In this document: one piece after another, positions 58,431 to 64,000 of the stretch
How positions within the stretch are numbered: position 1 is the first letter of the stretch
Layout: each line of letters begins with the position of its first letter
From: Candidatus Zambryskiibacteriota bacterium
GTDB lineage: Bacteria; Patescibacteriota; Minisyncoccia; Phycocordibacterales; Zambryskibacteraceae
Assembly (NCBI GenBank): GCA_016177225.1
Contig: JACOVQ010000004.1
Span: forward strand, 3,328-67,327
DNA length: 64,000 nt
Direction: 5' to 3'
Translations under genes and position numbers: made by a program
Notes under the pieces: generated by a model
What the model was told of the DNA's origin: nothing
Database searches by the model: none
Seen by the model: only the letters and a program-made list of their open reading frames with translations

Positions 58431-58552
58431 TCCTGTTAGAAGCCGCGGTCACGGTTTCAAACTGATGTCAAGTATTTATATGAAAATTATTAGAAAATTT
58501 ATCACTAACATTTTAGGTACGGCTCGCTGACCGCGACCTGCTTCTAACAGGA
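58431..58552. mobile_element. MITE-like element with terminal inverted repeats
   Basis: TCCTGTTAGAAGC-CGCGGTCA ... TGACCGCG-ACCT-GCTTCTAACAGGA. Confidence 0.6.
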
Positions 58553-59043
58553 TGTCATTACAACAAACTATTAAAAGCCAAATGGTTGAAGCGATGAAGG
58601 CCAAAGATGCCGTACGGCTCTCGGTAATTCGCGGACTTCTAGCTGCTTTCACAAACGAGTTAATTGCGCGTGGGAAGAAGTCTGATGAACCCGCCCGCCA
58701 CGGCTTCGCCGCAGGCGAGTCGGGCGGGGAACTTTCTGACGAAGAAGTTTTGTCAGTTATTTCCCATGCAGTTAAGCAGAGGAAAGATTCTATCGAACAA
58801 TTTGAAAAAGGCTACCGGGCCGATTTGGCCGAAGCGGAGAAAGCGGAACTTAAAATCCTTGAGACTTATATGCCGGCGCAAATGTCTCGTGAAGAAATTT
58901 TTGAATATGTGAAAAACAGACAAGCTGAATTAAATATAACGGCAAATAAGAAAAACCAATTCATAGGCATGGTTATGAAAGATTTGAAGGGCAAAGCGGA
59001 TGGAACTCTTGTCAAAGAAGCCATTGACCAGATTTTTGGCTAG
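58552..59043 (+). CDS. GatB/YqeY domain protein
   Basis: AMKAKD, KQRKDSIEQF and GKADG. Confidence 0.92.
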   Translation: MSLQQTIKSQMVEAMKAKDAVRLSVIRGLLAAFTNELIARGKKSDEPARHGFAAGESGGELSDEEVLSVISHAVKQRKDSIEQFEKGYRADLAEAEKAELKILETYMPAQMSREEIFEYVKNRQAELNITANKKNQFIGMVMKDLKGKADGTLVKEAIDQIFG

Positions 59044-59296
59044 TGGGGATGAATCCCTCTTTTTTCAAAATTCTAACTTTGGCCATATCTCCATCCCAAT
59101 ATCCGCCAATTTTGCCATCAGAGCGAATCACTCTATGGCAAGGCACTTTTGGACTCGTATTTTTATTTAAAATATTGCCGACCGCTCTATACGATTTCGG
59201 CTTCCCTATTTTTATTGCCACCTCTTTGTATGTCAAAACTTCTCCCTTCGGAATTTTCTTTACTATCGCATAAACTTGTTCTTGGAAAGTTAACAT
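59012..59296 (-). CDS. MGMT-family alkylguanine DNA repair protein
   Basis: IPKGEVLTY, RAVG and PCHRV. Confidence 0.9.
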   Translation of the reverse strand: MLTFQEQVYAIVKKIPKGEVLTYKEVAIKIGKPKSYRAVGNILNKNTSPKVPCHRVIRSDGKIGGYWDGDMAKVRILKKEGFIPTSQKSGQWLL

Positions 59297-59419
59297 ATTT
59301 TAATTGTATGCTTCGCATTCACATTTTGTATGGTCACAGATATTTCTCTGTTGAGAAATTCCGTGACCCCGCCTCAGCGCCGTCGCGCTTGCGACTCACA
59401 AAAATGTCCCACATTTTTG

Positions 59420-59491
59420 TGACCTCACGGGGAATCGGACCCCGGTTCCAGCCTTGAGAAGGCTGTGTCCTAGCCGCTAGACGATGAGGCC
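59420..59491 (-). tRNA. tRNA-Glu(CTC)
   Basis: GGCCTCA...TGAGGTCA; anticodon arm CAGCC-TTCTCAA-GGCTG. Confidence 0.93.
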
Positions 59492-59534
59492 TCAAAAGCA
59501 AAGAATATATGAAAACTTACGCTGAATCAAGATT

Positions 59535-61280
59535 TCAGCGTGGCGCTGCTGGAGCGGACTCTCTGTCGGGAGCGATGTTGTAATAGTTAATTATAAATTT
59601 GGTGAGATTGATGAAACTGTCGGTCAAAGTTTCTGAAGCAAACTGCACGCCTTTGGGATAGTAAGTATATAAAAATACTAGATAGCGTGGTTCATATGCC
59701 GGGAAATAGCCAAAGAATGAGTGCAGGAAGCGGTCGTCGTAGTACCCGGCCACATCAGAGCGCGCGATTTGAGCTGTGCCGGTTTTAGCCGCGACGCTAT
59801 AATGCTCGAGCCGCACTTGCCCGTTACGAAGCGAGCGGTCTACCACCTCCGTAAGCATCCGAGAAATTTCTGTCGAGGCTTCAGGACTAATTACTCGCTC
59901 CCGCTCCTCTGCCGAAGGATAAGAAATATTTTTTGTCGGGCCCAATTTATACTTTATCGCTTTTACCAAGTGTGGCGTGACAAGTATGCCACCGTTTGCC
60001 AAAGCGGAGAGAGCGCGAACGGTGGCTATCGGCGTAAGCGCGATGCCTTGGCCGAAAGAAGCTTGGGCCGCTTCGAGTTCCCTACCCGTTTTAAGATTTG
60101 ATACAAGCGATTTGCCTTCGTTTGGCAAGTCAATGCCCGTGAGATTTTCAAATCCAAACTTAAGAAGGCGTTCGTTAAAGTTTTTAGCGCCCATCTTTTG
60201 CGTGATAAAGGTGGCGCCGGTATTGAGCGATTTATTTAAAACGGTCTGCATGGAGACGTTTGAACCATGCGATTTGCCATCGTAGTTGCAGAAAGTCTTG
60301 GCGTTTAAAGTCATACAGCCGGGGTCATTGTATGTGGTTTTAGCGGTAATGGCGCCGGAGTCGAGTCCGACCGCAAATGACAACGCCTTAATAATCGAAC
60401 CCATCTCATAGCGGTCCTCTATTAGAGGATCGCTAAAAATCTTTGAATCCTTCTCATTTTGCGGAAAGTTTGGGTCAAAAGCCGGCGTGAGAGCCATGGC
60501 GGCGATTTCTCCGCTCATGGGGTCGATAATGATGCCGCCGGTAAATTCGGAAGAATATTTGTTAGTCACTTTTACAAGCTCGCTTTCCAAAAATGCTTGA
60601 ACCGAAGGTTCCATAGTGGTAACAATGTCTCCCTCAAGGCTCTTATCAGATTTCACGGCTCGACTAAGGTTGGCGAAGATTTCGGCAAAAAAGTTTACGA
60701 AAGCTTCATCGCTCTCTCGCACCAATGTTTGTTCATAAAATCTTTCAAGGCCGTATCTTCCGGCAAGATTATCTCCTTGGTAACCAATTAAGCCGATAGC
60801 ATGAGCGGCCATGTTCTCTCCCGGGTAGAATCGCCACCTGTCCCGTTCAACGGAAATGCCCGGAATTTTTAACAACCTGATTGTCTCGGCAATTTCCAAG
60901 CTGAGGCGCTTGGCAAGTTCGCGGTAGGCGCTATCGGTGTCCGCTTTAGTTAAAAAATCTTCTTTATCTATGGGCGCGATGGCATTAATCTTCTCAAACA
61001 CGCTTTCCAAATTTTTCTCTTGCTTTAAAAGGCGCGGATTTATATATAAAGTAAACCCGGAACCGATACTGGCGGCCGGCACGAGAGAACCCTCTTTAGC
61101 GGTGAAAAAAATTGAGCCTCGGTCAAAATAATGAGTGCTTGCGATGTATTGGCCTTCCGCTTTGGCGCTAAGGCGGTCTCCCATAAAAATCTGAATCCAG
61201 TAAAGTCTTATGACCAAGATGCCGGCCGCGACAAAGACGATAAGCGTCAAAAGACGCAATCTATTCCCAAAATGGCGCAT
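59535..61280 (-). CDS. ftsI: class B penicillin-binding protein, FtsI-like
   Basis: SIIK, SLN and KTGTAQ motifs; follows mraZ-rsmH. Confidence 0.85.
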   Translation of the reverse strand: MRHFGNRLRLLTLIVFVAAGILVIRLYWIQIFMGDRLSAKAEGQYIASTHYFDRGSIFFTAKEGSLVPAASIGSGFTLYINPRLLKQEKNLESVFEKINAIAPIDKEDFLTKADTDSAYRELAKRLSLEIAETIRLLKIPGISVERDRWRFYPGENMAAHAIGLIGYQGDNLAGRYGLERFYEQTLVRESDEAFVNFFAEIFANLSRAVKSDKSLEGDIVTTMEPSVQAFLESELVKVTNKYSSEFTGGIIIDPMSGEIAAMALTPAFDPNFPQNEKDSKIFSDPLIEDRYEMGSIIKALSFAVGLDSGAITAKTTYNDPGCMTLNAKTFCNYDGKSHGSNVSMQTVLNKSLNTGATFITQKMGAKNFNERLLKFGFENLTGIDLPNEGKSLVSNLKTGRELEAAQASFGQGIALTPIATVRALSALANGGILVTPHLVKAIKYKLGPTKNISYPSAEERERVISPEASTEISRMLTEVVDRSLRNGQVRLEHYSVAAKTGTAQIARSDVAGYYDDRFLHSFFGYFPAYEPRYLVFLYTYYPKGVQFASETLTDSFINLTKFIINYYNIAPDRESAPAAPR

Positions 61281-61285
61281 AATTT

Positions 61286-61666
61286 TTACCTGCTGACAGT
61301 ATTAAGTGACAAAGAAGGAGCTTTGTTTCTTGTGACGAAAAGCGGAGATTTTTCTTCTTTAAATCCTTCTGCATAAGCAGTATCGATAGTAACATTGTTG
61401 CGCAGAGTTATATAGCTAAATTCGAGCGAATCAAGGCTGGTGGAAATGACAGCCGTCTGTCTCTCCATGTTTTGGCGCAAGGCGATGTGTCTTGCGGTGG
61501 CGTTGATGGCATACATATATACTCCAAGCGAAGCTAAGACAACGGTCATGAGAACCCAAAAGATGCGGGCTCGATAATCGTATGAAATAACCATTGCCCT
61601 TCCCTGTCCGAAAGGGAGAACTAGCTGGTCTTTACTTATATTCATTCGTCTTCTCATGTTTTTCAA
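61286..61666 (-). CDS. FtsL-like protein
   Basis: TM plus coiled coil, lying between rsmH and the PBP gene. Confidence 0.65.
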   Translation of the reverse strand: MKNMRRRMNISKDQLVLPFGQGRAMVISYDYRARIFWVLMTVVLASLGVYMYAINATARHIALRQNMERQTAVISTSLDSLEFSYITLRNNVTIDTAYAEGFKEEKSPLFVTRNKAPSLSLNTVSR

Positions 61667-62498
61667 TAATTCTTAACTTCGCGCTTCTCGAACGCGGATT
61701 TTCCTTTACTTCTTCGTCGCTCGGCGTGATGGGTTTTTTGGTAATGAGTTTCGCCAGACCTGCCCTTGCTTTATCTCTGAAAAAGTTTTTGACAATTCTG
61801 TCTTCAAGCGAATGGAAGGAAATGACTGCAAACCGGCCGGATGGATTAAGGATTTCGAAACCTTTTTGCAAACCTTCCTCCAGCGCGTCGAGTTCCGAGT
61901 TGACGGCGATGCGGAACGCTTGGAAAGTTTTAGTGGCGGGATGAATTCTGTCGCGAAAGTGTCGAGGTTTAGCGGCAAGTACGGCATCTACAAGTTCTGA
62001 AGTAGTTTCGAATGGCTTGATTTTTCTTCGCTCCGCAATTTCTCGGGCAATTTTCTTTGAGAACCTCTCTTCTCCGAAGCCGCGCAGGATGAGTTCAATG
62101 GCAGACTCATCCCAGGAGTTTAAAATGTCTGCGGCAGTCGGACCCTTTCGAGAAAGTCTCATGTCGAGAGCCTCATCTCTTTGGAAAGAGAGTCCTTCCA
62201 CTCCCCCTTCAATCTGAATGCTTGAGAATCCGAGGTCAAGCAGTATTGCATCTGGTCTAATATCTCCGAGAAGCGTGTCTAAATCTCTGAAGTTACCTGT
62301 AATGTCTGCGCCTGTTTCCGGGTCCTGATCAATAGTGATAATTTTGATTTTTCCATTTTGCCTTTTGATTTCACTACTATGTCCGCCCCCTCCGTAAGTA
62401 GCATCAATAAAAATCTTTCCGTTCCCTAAATTCAATGCCTCTATGCTCTCGTGTAAAAGAACAGACCTATGTCTAGCGGGCATGATGTTATCACGCAT
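61632..62498 (-). CDS. rsmH: 16S rRNA m4C1402 methyltransferase
   Basis: DATYGGGGHS, LDMR, HPAT and SFHSLEDRIVK. Confidence 0.96.
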   Translation of the reverse strand: MRDNIMPARHRSVLLHESIEALNLGNGKIFIDATYGGGGHSSEIKRQNGKIKIITIDQDPETGADITGNFRDLDTLLGDIRPDAILLDLGFSSIQIEGGVEGLSFQRDEALDMRLSRKGPTAADILNSWDESAIELILRGFGEERFSKKIAREIAERRKIKPFETTSELVDAVLAAKPRHFRDRIHPATKTFQAFRIAVNSELDALEEGLQKGFEILNPSGRFAVISFHSLEDRIVKNFFRDKARAGLAKLITKKPITPSDEEVKENPRSRSAKLRIIEKHEKTNEYK

Positions 62499-62886
62499 AT
62501 TCACTCTCAAGCTTCTTTCTATAGACTGCCCAGCGCGAAGCGCTCCATATCTCAACTCTGTCGTGAACACCGGTAATAATGATGGTGTTCTTAAGGTCTG
62601 CAAATTCTCGTAAGAATTCCGGGATGAGAATTCTGCCTATAGAATCAATCTCGATTTCAGCCGCCCCAGAGAAAGTGAATCGCGCGAAGCGTGGATCAGT
62701 TTCGACGTGACCTAGTTTTCCAATCTCCTCGGAGATTTGAAGCCAGGTCCGGTGGGGATAGAGAAAAAGGCAATGATCTTTGCCTCGAGTAACAACAATT
62801 TTCCTGCCGAGAGCTTTTCGGAATCGCGCAGGCAAAGAGAAACGATTTTTCTCGTCAACCGTATGTGTGTACTCGCCAATAAACAT
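62491..62886 (-). CDS. mraZ: transcriptional regulator MraZ
   Basis: MFIGEY...DEKNR and DSIGRILIP. Confidence 0.95.
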   Translation of the reverse strand: MFIGEYTHTVDEKNRFSLPARFRKALGRKIVVTRGKDHCLFLYPHRTWLQISEEIGKLGHVETDPRFARFTFSGAAEIEIDSIGRILIPEFLREFADLKNTIIITGVHDRVEIWSASRWAVYRKKLESEYA

Positions 62887-62898
62887 TGTTTTTTCATA

Positions 62899-62948
62899 TT
62901 ACCACTTATTTCCACCAGTTCCTATCTTATCCCACCGTCCACCACAAT
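62899..62948 (-). promoter_or_regulatory. MraZ-box-like GTGG repeats
   Basis: GTGG/ATAG units at roughly 10-bp spacing upstream of mraZ. Confidence 0.6.
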
Positions 62949-62958
62949 ACTAGACGAG

Positions 62959-62967
62959 TTATCCACA
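62959..62967 (+). promoter_or_regulatory. single DnaA box
   Basis: TTATCCACA. Confidence 0.45.
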
Positions 62968-62998
62968 GGTCCTTTTGTACCATTTATCTTTTGATATA

Positions 62999-64000
62999 TT
63001 AAATATCCAACACTGCCTTCTTGGCGTTGGACTGGATAAAAGATTTGCGGGAAGGAACATCGGAGCCCATGAGGATGTCGAAGATGCGGTCGGCTTCGCG
63101 CGCGTCGTCGATAGTCACTTGTTTTAAAATTCGCACGGCCGGATTCATGGTCGTCTCCCAGAGTTCTTCGGCATTCATCTCTCCCAAACCTTTATATCGC
63201 TGGATGTCCGTGCCTTCTCCAGCGTATTTATCTCTTTCAGCATCGGAATATGCGTACACGACATCTTTTTTACCCCCGCCCGCAACGCTCTCGCTTGCGA
63301 GGCGGGCGGGCTTTTTAATTTTATAAAGCGGAGGCTGGGCGATGTAAACATAACCAGCGTCAATGAGCGGGCGAAAAAATCTGTAAAGCAAAGTTAAAAG
63401 CAGAGTACGGATATGAGCGCCGTCCACATCGGCGTCGGTGGCAATGATGATTTTATGATAGCGGAGTTTCGTGATATCAAAAGTATCCCCTATAGCTGTG
63501 CCCAGAGCGACTACCAAATTCTTAATCTGTTCTGATGCAAGCATGCGGTCAAGGCGGGCACGCTCTATGTTTAAAATTTTTCCTCGCAAAGGCAAAATCG
63601 CCTGAATGCGCCTATCTCGGCCCATTTTAGCCGTACCGCCCGCTGAGTCTCCCTCCACGATAAATAATTCTGATTCCTCGGCCGACTTCGACTGGCAATC
63701 GGCAAGTTTTCCCGGCAAGGTCATGCCTTCAAGCGCGCCTTTACGAAGGACGGAATCCTTGGCAGCCTTAGCCGCCTTGCGAGCCTTCAGGGCGAGCACC
63801 ACTTTCTGGATGATGGCTCTGGCGTCGTCCGGATTTTCTTCCAAGAAATTCGAGAAAGCATCGCCGAAGACGCTCGTGACCATGGTTTGTGCTTCTACGC
63901 TTCCGAGTTTTCCTTTCGTCTGGCCTTCAAATTGGATTTCCTGCAATTTGATGGAAATGACGGCGGTTAAGCCTTCCAATACATCGTCTCCGGTAAAATT
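62999..64000 (-). CDS. gyrB: DNA gyrase subunit B, 5' end outside the window
   Basis: [22 protein letters not shown] and RYKGLGEM. Confidence 0.96.
   Translation of the reverse strand, partial: NFTGDDVLEGLTAVISIKLQEIQFEGQTKGKLGSVEAQTMVTSVFGDAFSNFLEENPDDARAIIQKVVLALKARKAAKAAKDSVLRKGALEGMTLPGKLADCQSKSAEESELFIVEGDSAGGTAKMGRDRRIQAILPLRGKILNIERARLDRMLASEQIKNLVVALGTAIGDTFDITKLRYHKIIIATDADVDGAHIRTLLLTLLYRFFRPLIDAGYVYIAQPPLYKIKKPARLASESVAGGGKKDVVYAYSDAERDKYAGEGTDIQRYKGLGEMNAEELWETTMNPAVRILKQVTIDDAREADRIFDILMGSDVPSRKSFIQSNAKKAVLDI

Noticed and set aside
62959-62967. Replication origin
   Set aside because: One DnaA box only, with no cluster and no dnaA gene in view.

Overview
Streamlined bacterial chromosome segment. 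Compact or truncated housekeeping genes, no biosynthetic pathways and many apparently leaderless genes point to Patescibacteria/CPR, probably Parcubacteria (inference). Bases 1-6965 are the right end of an integrative element (large serine recombinase, P-loop NTPase, two HTH genes, decayed RuvC-like gene) inserted at a cluster of three tRNA-Ala genes. The rest is core genome: tRNA synthetases, the alpha r-protein operon, grpE-dnaK-dnaJ, dcw genes, dnaB, recR and partial gyrB. The most interesting signals are non-coding. (1) A ~1.3 kb island (48911-50243) starts at a dif-like 11-6-11 site where gene strand bias flips. It carries a ~395-nt highly structured unassigned RNA-like fold, an orphan MazF/PemK gene with a convergent tetraloop sRNA, and a 19-aa hydrophobic peptide. 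(2) A PaaX/Cas2-like gene is bracketed by two 36-bp symmetric sites, and two solo 40-bp sites of similar architecture occur elsewhere. (3) Several families of DNA palindromes sit in frame inside essential genes. (4) DUF559 and four-helix-bundle genes are bracketed by inverted repeats. No CRISPR array or rRNA was seen. All calls come from motif recognition by eye; no database search was run.
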